This document shows, piece by piece, positions 9,204 through 19,224 of a stretch of 64,000 bases of DNA. This DNA comes from a virus (Duplodnaviria; Caudoviricetes). The notes beneath the pieces were generated by a model, which saw only the letters and a program-made list of their open reading frames with translations, was not told the DNA's origin and did no database searches. Every line of letters starts with the position of its first letter. Position 1 is the first letter of the stretch. Location: IMG/VR virus record IMGVR_UViG_2671180612_000005, positions 6,888-70,887 of that record; one strand, written 5' to 3'. The position numbers and the translations under genes are program-made.

Positions 9204-9803
9204 TTAACCGTCCGCTTTGACTCGCTCCGCATTCTCACCGCTCGGGGCGCGTCCGCGTCGTCGAAGGAGGAATGCGGACAATCCGCTGACGCACGCGGAC
9301 GTATAGGGGATCGTCAAATTCCAGTGCATTCCATGCAGTGCGACTTGGCCCCATCGATGCACGACGTCGCGGTCAGGGGCGTCGATCCAGCGCAAGACCT
9401 CGGTCTCGTTCGTCGCATCGATCGGCTCCACGCCGATCAGATACGTCGTCTGCTTCATCCCGGAAACGGTGAGACCGACCCCGTATCCGGCGGCGACGGC
9501 AAGGCACACAACTACGACCGTGCCGATGCCGCGGGCACTTATGATGGGTTTCCCGGTCGCATATCTACGGCGGACCCACATGCCCAGCGCGGCTCCGATG
9601 GCAGAGAGCCAGAAGCCCTGCCCGATTGCCGGAATCAGGAGATCCTTGTCGGTTTGGAACGCAAGCGTCCAGGCTGCCACCCACCCGATCACGGTGGAGA
9701 CGAGGAACACCAGAACGCGCCAAGCGCGATGATCGAACCACGATCCCGATACGGCGGTGGCCGCGCCCGAGATCAGCAACGCTGCGATCGAGATCAATCC
9801 CAT
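9204..9803 (-). CDS. Membrane protein
   Basis: Four to five hydrophobic segments. Confidence 0.6.
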   Translation of the reverse strand: MGLISIAALLISGAATAVSGSWFDHRAWRVLVFLVSTVIGWVAAWTLAFQTDKDLLIPAIGQGFWLSAIGAALGMWVRRRYATGKPIISARGIGTVVVVCLAVAAGYGVGLTVSGMKQTTYLIGVEPIDATNETEVLRWIDAPDRDVVHRWGQVALHGMHWNLTIPYTSACVSGLSAFLLRRRGRAPSGENAERVKADG

Positions 9804-9841
9804 TCCGTCCTACTCCCACCGCATGGTCTTATCTGCCCCGG

Positions 9842-10207
9842 TCACGGCTTCTTGGATTCCCTCAGTCGTTTTGCGGCCGCTTCGAACGCGTCCGCCAGTT
9901 CCACGCGTGCCGCCTTCCGGTCGTCTTTGGTCTCGCTCCGCATCTCTCGTAGAGCCCGATTCTGGGCGCTGTGATATCCTGCGGCAGAGTAGTTCAGCGC
10001 TGCCGCGACCATGGCGTCGACGAACTTCGGGGCGTCTTCGATCGTCATCCAGACGTCGGCCGTCAACGACCCGTTCGCCGTCCAGAGGGACATCTTACGG
10101 TCATGATAGTAGGAACGGCTGGGCTCGATTGGGCCCGATCCGAAAAATTGGCGATGTGAGGGGTACGTCAGCAGAACCGTAATTGAAGCGTCTTTTTTAG
10201 ATGCCAT
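9842..10207 (-). CDS. Hypothetical protein
   Basis: GGAGGA RBS before ATG 10207. Confidence 0.6.
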   Translation of the reverse strand: MASKKDASITVLLTYPSHRQFFGSGPIEPSRSYYHDRKMSLWTANGSLTADVWMTIEDAPKFVDAMVAAALNYSAAGYHSAQNRALREMRSETKDDRKAARVELADAFEAAAKRLRESKKP

Positions 10208-10265
10208 CGAATCCTCCCGAAGCTTTCCCGTCGGCAGGATGGCAGGGTTCGGCCGCTGCGTGGAG

Positions 10266-10757
10266 TCAGACGACACCGCGCAACTGCTCCCAGTTGTCCT
10301 CATACGGGTCCAGCCATCCTGCCCCGCGCTCGATCGAGATGCCGGTTCGATCGAAGTTCGGAAGGAAGCGCCGGTGATCCGTCGAGTTGCGCATCCTACC
10401 ACCCTTTCCCGGTGTCGAGAGCCAAACCCGATACGACTCGCGAATGGTCTCGGCGACTACTGCGCTTGGCAGCACCCAACATCTCGGATGCGCCTTCAGA
10501 TCGACGCCAAAATCGACGAAGCAGTAGAACAACAGTTCGCCGACGATCGCCTCGTGCTTTTTGCCCATGTGCCAACCACCGTCCCCGCCAAGCTCACGAC
10601 GGGACTTCACCTGTAGTGATGCAAGGCGGTCGCCGACGGCGTCCGTGACGACGATGTCCGTGTTGGGCACGCCGACGGGCGCGAGCGCGGCGATGAAGTC
10701 GCGTCGCAGGAGCTGGCTCATCACGTAGTGCTCGCCGGCGGCGCCCGTAAGATTCAT
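10266..10757 (-). CDS. PD-(D/E)XK-family endonuclease
   Basis: GAAGEHYV..L...PNTDIVV...LQVKS. Confidence 0.75.
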   Translation of the reverse strand: MNLTGAAGEHYVMSQLLRRDFIAALAPVGVPNTDIVVTDAVGDRLASLQVKSRRELGGDGGWHMGKKHEAIVGELLFYCFVDFGVDLKAHPRCWVLPSAVVAETIRESYRVWLSTPGKGGRMRNSTDHRRFLPNFDRTGISIERGAGWLDPYEDNWEQLRGVV

Positions 10758-10767
10758 TCCGTCCTCC

Positions 10768-12030
10768 TCACTTCGCGACCGGGATTTCCGCCAGCCGCGT
10801 CGTCCATGCGGGGCTCTTCATCGCACGCTTCGTGTCGAAGGATCGAGCGCCGATGCCGGCGGCGCCGAGCGCGACGGCCTCGCGACCGAACCTGGCGTTC
10901 AGAGTGTCCATCGCCGACATCAGGTCCGCTCCCCGGCCGTCGATCGCCGCGAACATGTCCGTCTGTTCCCGCCCCTGATCCGTCAGGTCCTCGAGCATCA
11001 CGCCGCACTTCGTGTAGACGCCGCCGGGTTGCCACATGCTCTCCACCATGCGGCTCGCCCACTTCACGATCATGCGGGTATCGTTCGTTGGTGGCGACAG
11101 GCGGCAGGACCGCTGCGCGCTAGGCGCGTTCGCCTTCCGGCCGTTCCCGTGCGCGAAGCCGATCAGCCGGCCGGCGACGCTGCCTTGCTCCCGGATCTTC
11201 TCGGCCGCCCTCGCCGCCCGCCGCGCCATGGCCTCGCGCAGGCTGTCCAGGTCGGTGACGGGCTCGCCGAACATACGCGTCACGGCCGTCGCCTGGCGCT
11301 TCTCAGGCTCGACCACGAGCTGCTCGTCTCCGATCCCGTTCAGCTCCCGCACCAGCCGCTCCAGCACGACCGTGCCGACGCTGCGCGCCTGGTGCGGGTC
11401 CATCGCCGCCAGATCGGCCGTCGTCCGGATCCCGAGCGGGCGCAGACGCTCCGCCAGAGCGCGGCCGATGCCCCATACCTCTTCGACGGGCCAGTTCTGG
11501 AAGAGGCGCTTGCGCAGCTCGAAGTCGTGGAGGTCGATCACGCCGCCGAAGACCTTCTCGCCCGCCTTAGCCAGCCCGTTAGCGACCTTGGACAGGGTGC
11601 GGGTCGGGCCGAGGCCGATGCGCGTCGGCAGGCCGGTGTCCCGCTTGATCTTGGCGATCACCGCCAAGGCCGTCGCCGTATCGCCGAGGCCGTCCGGGCG
11701 GACCGGCAGCCGGAACCACGACTCGTCGATTGAGTAGATCTCGATCTGGTCCGAAAACTCGGCGATCACGGCGTTGAAGCGCCGGTTCATGTCGCTGTAG
11801 AGCTCGTAGTTCGAGGACCGCAGTTCGAAGCCGTGCTTGCGGATCAGGTCGCGCATCTTGAAGACGGGGGCGCCCATCTTGACGCCGAACGCCTTCGCCT
11901 CGGCCGACCTCGCGATCGCGCAGTGGTCGCCGTTCGATAGGACGAGGACGGGCACGCCGCGGAGCTTCGGATCGAAGACGCGCTCGGACGAGACGTAGAA
12001 GTTCTCGACGTCGACCAAGGCCCACGTCAT
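10768..12030 (-). CDS. umuC: Y-family DNA polymerase (UmuC-like)
   Basis: LVDVENFYVSSE, VLSNGD, SSNYELY, YSIDE, C-terminal SPAWTT. Confidence 0.95.
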   Translation of the reverse strand: MTWALVDVENFYVSSERVFDPKLRGVPVLVLSNGDHCAIARSAEAKAFGVKMGAPVFKMRDLIRKHGFELRSSNYELYSDMNRRFNAVIAEFSDQIEIYSIDESWFRLPVRPDGLGDTATALAVIAKIKRDTGLPTRIGLGPTRTLSKVANGLAKAGEKVFGGVIDLHDFELRKRLFQNWPVEEVWGIGRALAERLRPLGIRTTADLAAMDPHQARSVGTVVLERLVRELNGIGDEQLVVEPEKRQATAVTRMFGEPVTDLDSLREAMARRAARAAEKIREQGSVAGRLIGFAHGNGRKANAPSAQRSCRLSPPTNDTRMIVKWASRMVESMWQPGGVYTKCGVMLEDLTDQGREQTDMFAAIDGRGADLMSAMDTLNARFGREAVALGAAGIGARSFDTKRAMKSPAWTTRLAEIPVAK

Positions 12031-12464
12031 CGCTGGTGATCCCGGACGCTGGCACGGACGACGCCGAAAATCTCGACGGTCTCGTCGCAGATGCAGATCG
12101 GGTACGTCAGGCGGCTGTTGCGGTGCTCCAGATACGCGACGCCCGACTTAATGCAGAGCTGCCGGCAGACGAACCCGCCCTCGACGGTCGCGATCACGAT
12201 GGAGCCGTTGCGCTGCCTGGCGTCCCGGTCTACGACGACGATGTCGTGGTCCTCGATCCCGGCCTCGACCATGCTCGATCCGGATATCCGGAAGACGAAG
12301 GCCGCCGGCCGGTCGATGCGCAGGAGCTCGATCAGCGAGAGGGCGTCGTCTTCCCAGTCCTGAGCCGGCGAGGGAAAGCCGGCACCGGCGGACGCGACGA
12401 CGCGGAGGCGGAAGCCGGGCGGTATGGCCGTGATCGGATGGGGACGGTTCGAGAGATGGAGCAT
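12027..12464 (-). CDS. umuD: UmuD-like S24 peptidase
   Basis: AGFPSPA cleavage motif, GSSM; Arg at the expected catalytic Lys position (FVCRQL); overlaps umuC. Confidence 0.88.
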   Translation of the reverse strand: MLHLSNRPHPITAIPPGFRLRVVASAGAGFPSPAQDWEDDALSLIELLRIDRPAAFVFRISGSSMVEAGIEDHDIVVVDRDARQRNGSIVIATVEGGFVCRQLCIKSGVAYLEHRNSRLTYPICICDETVEIFGVVRASVRDHQR

Positions 12465-12503
12465 GCTAGATTCCCAGGGCGCGACTCGGTCAACCTAGCG
12501 ATC

Positions 12504-12518
12504 GAACATATCGTGAAC
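12504..12518. promoter_or_regulatory. Alphaproteobacterial LexA (SOS) box
   Basis: GAAC-ATATCGT-GAAC 40 bp upstream of umuD. Confidence 0.85.
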
Positions 12519-12624
12519 ATTGCGAATAGGAATAGATGCCGATCTGCCGCTGTGGATTTCGGTGAAAAGATCTTGTTTTCCTGCCACCTACGGATGCTGC
12601 GCAGTTGGAGAGCCTTCGCGTCCC

Positions 12625-13128
12625 ATGACTACCCGTACGGAGAAGCCGGCCGCCCTCGATCCGGAATTTGCGAAGCTCGTGGAGCGCCTGGCGCCCCTCC
12701 ACGCCATGTTGATGGCCTGCCCGCCGATCTCAGATGCTGACCCCAAGTCCAAGCCGCCGGAAGCCGCCGGCGTCTATCTCTTCACCAACGCGGACGGCCC
12801 GCTCTACGTCGGCCGGACGCGCAACCTGAGGAAACGGCTGTCCGGTCATCGGAAGGAGTATTCGAAGACGCAGTCGGCGGGCTTCGCCTTCCTCCTGGCA
12901 CGCAAGGCTACCGGCTGGGACAAGCCGACCTACCAGCAGGGCGAAGGCTCGCGGAAGTGGCTCGAGGAGAATCCGGAGTTCATGGCGGCGTTCGAGCTGG
13001 CGAAGGGCCAGGTCCGGACGATGACGTTCCGCTACGTCGAGATCGAGGATGCGATCACGCAGTCGATGTTGGAGATGTATGCCGCCTTCGTGCTGAAGAC
13101 GCCTCACAACAAGTTCGAGACGACCTGA
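12625..13128 (+). CDS. GIY-YIG nuclease
   Basis: AGVYLF...LYVGRTRNLRKRL..H...E...N. Confidence 0.85.
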   Translation: MTTRTEKPAALDPEFAKLVERLAPLHAMLMACPPISDADPKSKPPEAAGVYLFTNADGPLYVGRTRNLRKRLSGHRKEYSKTQSAGFAFLLARKATGWDKPTYQQGEGSRKWLEENPEFMAAFELAKGQVRTMTFRYVEIEDAITQSMLEMYAAFVLKTPHNKFETT

Positions 13129-13309
13129 TCGCGGTGGCGACCTCTCCTATCGCTATGGTCAGCGCGTGAACTCGTCCGGCTGGACGCCGAAGTTACGTGC
13201 CAGGACAGACTCCTCTGCATGCGTGATTGGCCGGCCGTACTCCAGCGTCCGAATGGACGTGACGTGCAGCCCCGTGCCTCGCTGAAGAACTATCCGTCGT
13301 GGACCGACA

Positions 13310-14434
13310 TCACCGATCGTTATCGAAATAGTCGTCGTCGTATTCATCGTACGGCTCTCCGAAGTCGAGCGACGTGAGGATCTCGACCCTTACGACGTTG
13401 TGGAACAGGCGGTCGTACTGGACGAAGAAGCGGCCTTTCACTTCGTCGTCCCATTCATCCCGACCGTGCGCACGCCCGCCGTCCTCATCCTCGATCTGAC
13501 CGACCCAATCGACCTCCAGGCCGACAAGGGCCTGGAACCTGGCGGTCATGGCGACGATCGGTCCGTGGACTGATAAGACCTTCCAATTTTCCGTCAGCCC
13601 GATCTCCCGGAGTTCCGTCCCGTCGACCGTGGCCGCCTCCAGGCTCGTGCCACGGTAGACGAATTCCGCCGTCCGCAGCGCGACGTCCATTCGATGGAAG
13701 AGCTGGTCGATGAAGTCCTGCTCGTCCACGATCCGATCGATCAGCGCGACGACCTCGGGGTCCTTCGCCTCGGCGAGCATGGCGAGGAACGCCGGCAGGC
13801 CCTTGACGGGTACGAGCATAGGCGTCGAACCGGCATGTGCGAGCATCGCCTCGTCGAGGGTGACGATATGCACGTCGGCATTGTTCTCCCACGCCCACGT
13901 CCTGGCTGCATCGACGATGAAGGCGTCCGGAAACTCCTTGCTCTCCCGCGCCTCGAACGGCGCCTGGCGAGCCATGTATCGCTCGAGGATCCCGGGCAGC
14001 TCGATCGTATCGAGGTCGTGCTGCACGGCACGGTATTGCCACAGGAGGCGCAGGACGAACCTGGACCTAACGGAGGTCACGGCGGCGGAGACGTCGATCG
14101 AGGGCCCGATCGCGACGGCGTCCAGCGGGAAACGCTTGTTCCATGACTCAATGTGCTTGGCGTTCTTGCGCTGCTCCCGCGCCATCTCCTCCATCTGCTC
14201 CGTCAGCCACCGGGTCACCTCGAACAGGATCAGCAGATCGAAGTGGAGCACCAGGTCGAACTCCTCGACAGCGGCCTTCAGCTCGTTAAAGAGCCGGCTG
14301 TCCAAGTTCACCCGCTCCTTGATGAAGACGTTGCTGTCGATGAGGAAGTGGCGGCTGCGTGGGCCGACGGGCGCGGCGATCAGCTCGGCCATCTCAAGCT
14401 GCTCTTCGACTACGACTGCGACTGCGTCCGACAT
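13310..14434 (-). CDS. PIN-domain protein (DUF4935-like)
   Basis: LIDSNVF, PF...KEFPDAFI, IVTLD; acidic C-terminal domain. Confidence 0.8.
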   Translation of the reverse strand: MSDAVAVVVEEQLEMAELIAAPVGPRSRHFLIDSNVFIKERVNLDSRLFNELKAAVEEFDLVLHFDLLILFEVTRWLTEQMEEMAREQRKNAKHIESWNKRFPLDAVAIGPSIDVSAAVTSVRSRFVLRLLWQYRAVQHDLDTIELPGILERYMARQAPFEARESKEFPDAFIVDAARTWAWENNADVHIVTLDEAMLAHAGSTPMLVPVKGLPAFLAMLAEAKDPEVVALIDRIVDEQDFIDQLFHRMDVALRTAEFVYRGTSLEAATVDGTELREIGLTENWKVLSVHGPIVAMTARFQALVGLEVDWVGQIEDEDGGRAHGRDEWDDEVKGRFFVQYDRLFHNVVRVEILTSLDFGEPYDEYDDDYFDNDR

Positions 14435-14557
14435 GCCGACTCCGACCGATACCCACCGAGGCTAGCATCGGCGACAGCTTGGGTCACTCCATCGCCCGTC
14501 GTGGACTCGAAGACTCGTTCGTCCGATCATCCAGCACGGCAATCCGGAGAATCGCTC

Positions 14558-14935
14558 ATGCGCCCTGCCCTCGTCGTCCTGCTGGTGGTCGCTTCCGGTC
14601 CCACCGCCGCCGCGCCCGGCTGCGTCCTTCCGACCGTCGAGGTGAAGCTCCAGGCCGGCAGTGTCCCGACGCGGAACCTCGCCGCCATGTCGGACGGAGA
14701 CCTGAAGATCTTCCTTCGGGGCTACGCCGACGGCCTGCGCACCCTGCCCTTCCTCTCCGTGCCGGCGGCGTGCGACGAGGCCGTGAAGGCCTGCCTCAAG
14801 GCGAGGACCGACGACGAGCGGGTGATCGACCTCCGGCGGTTCATGGCGGACAACCCCGGCGATTTCGACAACCCGGCTGCGGTGACAGTCTACGAGGTCG
14901 TCCTGGCGAACTGCGTGCACGGAGAAGCGGAATGA
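14558..14935 (+). CDS. Exported protein
   Basis: Signal-peptide-like N-terminus, several Cys. Confidence 0.65.
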   Translation: MRPALVVLLVVASGPTAAAPGCVLPTVEVKLQAGSVPTRNLAAMSDGDLKIFLRGYADGLRTLPFLSVPAACDEAVKACLKARTDDERVIDLRRFMADNPGDFDNPAAVTVYEVVLANCVHGEAE

Positions 14936-15339
14936 GGACGATGCTGGCGATCGCCGTGCTCGCGATGGCGACCGATGCCGGCGCGGCTTCAATGGTCTGC
15001 GAGAGCTACGGCCTCGGCACCGACGGTCTGAAGGCCAACCGCCGCTTCGTCCGGATTACGACGGACGGGACCGACGCCCTCCTGGTGACCCGCGCCGAGG
15101 GCGAGGCGCCGGCTGAGGACGCGGAAACGGTGCGATTCGGAACGGTCTGGAGGTCGGACGACGGGCTGCGGGTCGTCGCCTCGTCGATATCCCGGCCTGC
15201 CGAGAACTCGCTAGATTCGCCCGTACGACTGCTGGACGCCGATTTCGCACGCGGCAATTTCCGGGAAGAGACCATGGGCGGGCTTATCGACTTCGACGCC
15301 GTCGTCGCTGATGGCAAGGAGTGCAGGCGTTTAGACTAG
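14932..15339 (+). CDS. Exported protein
   Basis: Signal-peptide-like MRTMLAIAVLAM; ATGA overlap. Confidence 0.65.
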   Translation: MRTMLAIAVLAMATDAGAASMVCESYGLGTDGLKANRRFVRITTDGTDALLVTRAEGEAPAEDAETVRFGTVWRSDDGLRVVASSISRPAENSLDSPVRLLDADFARGNFREETMGGLIDFDAVVADGKECRRLD

Positions 15340-15616
15340 CCTGCGACCATCCTGATCGGCACGACGAAGGACCGCACCAAGACGGCATGCTGCGCCGACA
15401 TGATCGGCGGGCGGTTTTTGATCGTGCGCAGCAGCACGACGTGCAGTCGCGCGTCCCGTTTGACGTACCGCAATGTGTGGCCAGCTGGGTTGCGGAAGGC
15501 TAGGTGTCAGGAGAAATTATGATAGTTGTGGATGCTTATACAATTCTACCGCCAGACGAACGTCGAACCGAAGGTTGTAGCTTGTAGAACCGGAAGGTCG
15601 GCAATATCGTCACTGA

Positions 15617-18600
15617 ATGGCTAACAGTTCCCTTTTCACAATCCTCCACATCAGCGACTTCCACTACTCCTCCCGACGAATCCGGGAGCAGAAACCGATC
15701 GTTGACGCGCTCGTGGCCGACCTTCGGAGCATATGCATAGGCCACCGCAAACCAGATCTCGTAATGTTCACTGGCGACCTAGTTCAGGCTGCGGGAACGG
15801 ATCTCCACGACGTCGCCTACGATTTCCTTTTGGACCGAGTTTCCAAAGCGACAGGCTGCAGCGACGAGCGCATCTACATCGCGGCTGGCAATCACGATCT
15901 TTCTTGGGTGGGTTTGCAGAAGTTCGAGACCGAAACTCGGGAGTGGCGGGCGCTCGTTGGCAAGCAGGACGAAACCGAAAAATTCAACGAGTTGCACGAA
16001 GCCCGGGCCTTTGACGCCGCTGTCGCCGAGAAATTTGCGAATTACCTAGACCTCGAAAAGTTTCTTAGCACGGGTTTTCGAGGTAGCGCACGTAAGCTCA
16101 CCAACGCATTCGTCACGGTCGATCACATCGAAGCGCTGAACGTAGATGTCGTAACGTTCAACACGGCCGTACTATCGACCGGCGGCCACAAGTCGCATGA
16201 CAGAGACGAGCGCAATCTAGTCGTTCCGGAATATGCCGTTATGGATGCGGTCGGCGTCCTCAAGGAAGGCTCGCTGCGCATCTTCGTCACGCACCATCCG
16301 CTCGCGCATCTCAGCGAACAGTCGGCCCGCTATCTCGAAGCCGAGATTACGAAGCACGCGCAGATCCATCTGTTCGGCCACATGCACGATCCGCAACCGC
16401 GCAACATCGTCGGACTTCGCGGAGAGGTCATGACGGATCAGGCCGGCGCGATCTTCACCAGCCGCAAGGAGTACTACAACGGCTATTCCCTGATCACCCT
16501 CGACCGCAGCAACGGTCACGCGGAGATCCTCGTCCGATCGTACTTCAAGGACCGCGACGAGTTCGACGAGGGCACCGACGTCGTAAGGGAGGGACGTTGG
16601 TGGCCCTCCCAGGAGGCACGCGAACACTTCCGCAAGATCGCCGCTCCGGTAGACGAAGCCGCGTTTCGCGATCATCTGCGTGGACCGGCTCTCGAGGCGC
16701 TGCTCGGCCGCGAGAACGCGAGCCATGGCGATCTCGAGTCGCACGATCGGTTCGTTGCCCCACCGCTGAGGCGCACGTTCATCCAGGAAGAGTCGGGGGA
16801 CGACACGAAGGTCCAGGCCGAAACGCCGATCCAATTCAAGGAGGTCGTCGAAGGCGACGCGAATCTAATCCTCTACGCACGCGCCGAGTACGGGCGCACC
16901 ACGCTTCTGCGCGAATTACGCTACCGCCTGCTTAGCGATGCGCCGATGGTGAGGTTCCCGAGGGTGCCGGTCCTGATCGACTTCGCCGACATCAGCGTGA
17001 ATGCCGATAATATGCTGAGGAAAGCTAAGGCCGGGTGCGAGGAAACGCCTGATGCGAACGACCTCGAGTCGCTCCTCAAGCTTGGACACGCCTGCGTCAT
17101 GATCGACGATGTGATGTTCCACGACGGCAAGCGCATGAAGGTCGTTCGTGACTTCGTTGAACGGTATCCGAAGGCGAGATACGTAATCTCCAGTCCTCAG
17201 TATTCCGCTACGAAGATGGGGGCTTCGATTGACCCGGAGCTGCCGGTCAGGTTCGAGTTCGTGGAGGTTCTCGAACTCCGCCGCAACGACATGCGCCAGC
17301 TGCTCGCCAAGGATGATCGCTGCACCGATGTCGAGGGTTGGCTGGATCGGCTGCAGGACGAGTTCCGCGAGATCAATCTGCCGTTCACGGCGGCCAACGG
17401 CTCGATCCTAATCGAGATCCTGGCAGAGAAATATAACTTCTCACCAATCAACCGTTCCGTGTTGATGGAACAGTTCGTGGACTCGACACTCAGGAAAGCC
17501 GCGATCGATCAAAGCCGACGCGAAACGTTCGACTACACTAACAAGACAAGTCTGCTTTCGTCCATTGCGGCATGGATGGCGCGAAACGACGACTACATTC
17601 CAAGCCGCGAAGCGGTCCGGACCGAGATGAGAAGTTACATAGAGAACGTCGGCCTCATCCAACCGGTCGACGATCTCCTCGCCGAATTCCTGTCGGCACG
17701 CATCTTCGTTGAGCGGTCGGAGGCAAGAATTAGCTTCAGATACCGCGGCGTTTTGGAGTACTTTATCGCGCTCCGCATGACTACGGACCCTGAGTTCAAG
17801 GAATGGGTCGTCTCGGACGAACACTATCTAAGGTACGTCAACGAGATACAGTACTACGCCGGCAAACTGAGAAACGACGTTGCGCTGATCACTCAGATCG
17901 CGGAACGTCACAAACGAATTCTGGCCGAAACATGGACCGGCCTCGAAAAGCTGGATCTCAACCAGTTCGATTCGATCGTCTTGCCTAGGGATGACGAGGA
18001 CTCCGTTTCAGTACTTGAACGCGAAATCGCCTCGCCCCCGCTGTCCGAGGCGGAGAAGGATGCCGAGCTGGAGACGGAAATACCGACAGATGCCGAAGAC
18101 CGACAGGAGGTCTTTCGTCCGAGCATCACGGAGGATGGAGACAAGATCCTACTGTCGCTCTTCCTTTATTCGGGACTGATCAAGAACATGGAGTTGATTC
18201 CCGACGCGACGAAGCGTGAGCATCTGTCTGAGATCTGGCGTGGTTGGGCGATCCTCCTTGTAGCGTCGCTGAGGCTGGCGCCGCGGCTCGCAAAGGAACG
18301 GCGTATCAGGATCAACGGAGCCCTCTACGAAGTCCAGGCTCCGCATGGCATGAGCGACACAACTCTTCTACGCAAGATGATGCTCATGCTGCCGCACGTG
18401 CACGTGAAGCTGCTGTCCGGGGCATTGGGAACTGAAAAGCTCGAACGACAGCTGTCTGAACCATCGCCGAACGGAGAGAACGAGCCGAAGATCTACGAGT
18501 TCTTCCGAACGAGCTTGGTCGCCGACCTTCGACTTCCGGCGACACCGGTCACCGCAACGGCGCTAACGGAGAAGTTCCGAAACAACCGATACTTGTTGTT

Positions 18601-18808
18601 GTCGTTTATAGTCCACCTGAGTGAGCTGCGGCGGCTCGATCGGGTTCGGAAGGAGCATTTTGTAAAGCTCGAAGCGCCGATTGCCAAGGCGATCGCCGGC
18701 TTGCGAAGTTCGTCGCCCGAAGGTAGGAGAAAGGAGACTGACAAGGAACTCGCACGTCTTACACGCGAACGTCTCTTGGTCACGATGAAGAAGGAACGGG
18801 AAACGTAG
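15617..18808 (+). CDS. Calcineurin-like metallophosphoesterase fused to STAND/NACHT NTPase (probable anti-phage defence)
   Basis: DFH, GD, GNHD, HH, GHMH; Walker A-like ARAEYGRTT, Walker B VMIDD, winged-helix-like F.Y..VLEYFIA; lower GC. Confidence 0.85.
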   Translation: MANSSLFTILHISDFHYSSRRIREQKPIVDALVADLRSICIGHRKPDLVMFTGDLVQAAGTDLHDVAYDFLLDRVSKATGCSDERIYIAAGNHDLSWVGLQKFETETREWRALVGKQDETEKFNELHEARAFDAAVAEKFANYLDLEKFLSTGFRGSARKLTNAFVTVDHIEALNVDVVTFNTAVLSTGGHKSHDRDERNLVVPEYAVMDAVGVLKEGSLRIFVTHHPLAHLSEQSARYLEAEITKHAQIHLFGHMHDPQPRNIVGLRGEVMTDQAGAIFTSRKEYYNGYSLITLDRSNGHAEILVRSYFKDRDEFDEGTDVVREGRWWPSQEAREHFRKIAAPVDEAAFRDHLRGPALEALLGRENASHGDLESHDRFVAPPLRRTFIQEESGDDTKVQAETPIQFKEVVEGDANLILYARAEYGRTTLLRELRYRLLSDAPMVRFPRVPVLIDFADISVNADNMLRKAKAGCEETPDANDLESLLKLGHACVMIDDVMFHDGKRMKVVRDFVERYPKARYVISSPQYSATKMGASIDPELPVRFEFVEVLELRRNDMRQLLAKDDRCTDVEGWLDRLQDEFREINLPFTAANGSILIEILAEKYNFSPINRSVLMEQFVDSTLRKAAIDQSRRETFDYTNKTSLLSSIAAWMARNDDYIPSREAVRTEMRSYIENVGLIQPVDDLLAEFLSARIFVERSEARISFRYRGVLEYFIALRMTTDPEFKEWVVSDEHYLRYVNEIQYYAGKLRNDVALITQIAERHKRILAETWTGLEKLDLNQFDSIVLPRDDEDSVSVLEREIASPPLSEAEKDAELETEIPTDAEDRQEVFRPSITEDGDKILLSLFLYSGLIKNMELIPDATKREHLSEIWRGWAILLVASLRLAPRLAKERRIRINGALYEVQAPHGMSDTTLLRKMMLMLPHVHVKLLSGALGTEKLERQLSEPSPNGENEPKIYEFFRTSLVADLRLPATPVTATALTEKFRNNRYLLLSFIVHLSELRRLDRVRKEHFVKLEAPIAKAIAGLRSSSPEGRRKETDKELARLTRERLLVTMKKERET

Positions 18809-18847
18809 CTTCATCGCGGAAGGTCGGGTGTCGATCTTACTACTTTT

Positions 18848-19060
18848 TCACTCCGACTTCACTGAATAGGCGTGGATCGTGCCGCCGCACGTCGGGCACC
18901 TGACGTTCAGATGTCTGTGGTCGTGCTGGTCCCGGAAGTCGCCTTCCTGGAAGTCCCCGTCAGCGCGGACACACTCGATCGCCGTCCGGCAGTGGGAGCA
19001 GGTGCCGGCGAAGGGATTGTGCTCGGGCAGCCTACCCATTCGGGCGACCTTGATCGTCAT
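18848..19060 (-). CDS. Small zinc-ribbon protein
   Basis: CSHC...CPTC; GAGGAG RBS. Confidence 0.7.
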   Translation of the reverse strand: MTIKVARMGRLPEHNPFAGTCSHCRTAIECVRADGDFQEGDFRDQHDHRHLNVRCPTCGGTIHAYSVKSE

Positions 19061-19224
19061 GGCGCCGCCCTCCTCGCCGCGAACGCCGCCGCAAGCATCC
19101 GCTCGGCCTCGACGATCTCCACAGGATCCGCCGACATGCCGGCGACGATCCTGGCGGCGACGATCATTTTGAAGGGGAGGATGCCCCTCCGGGCCCCGCT
19201 CTCGCGCAGCTCCTCGTAGCGCTT

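Noticed and set aside
9150-9207. Strong RBS with a 15-codon ORF
   Set aside because: Too short to support; may be a remnant
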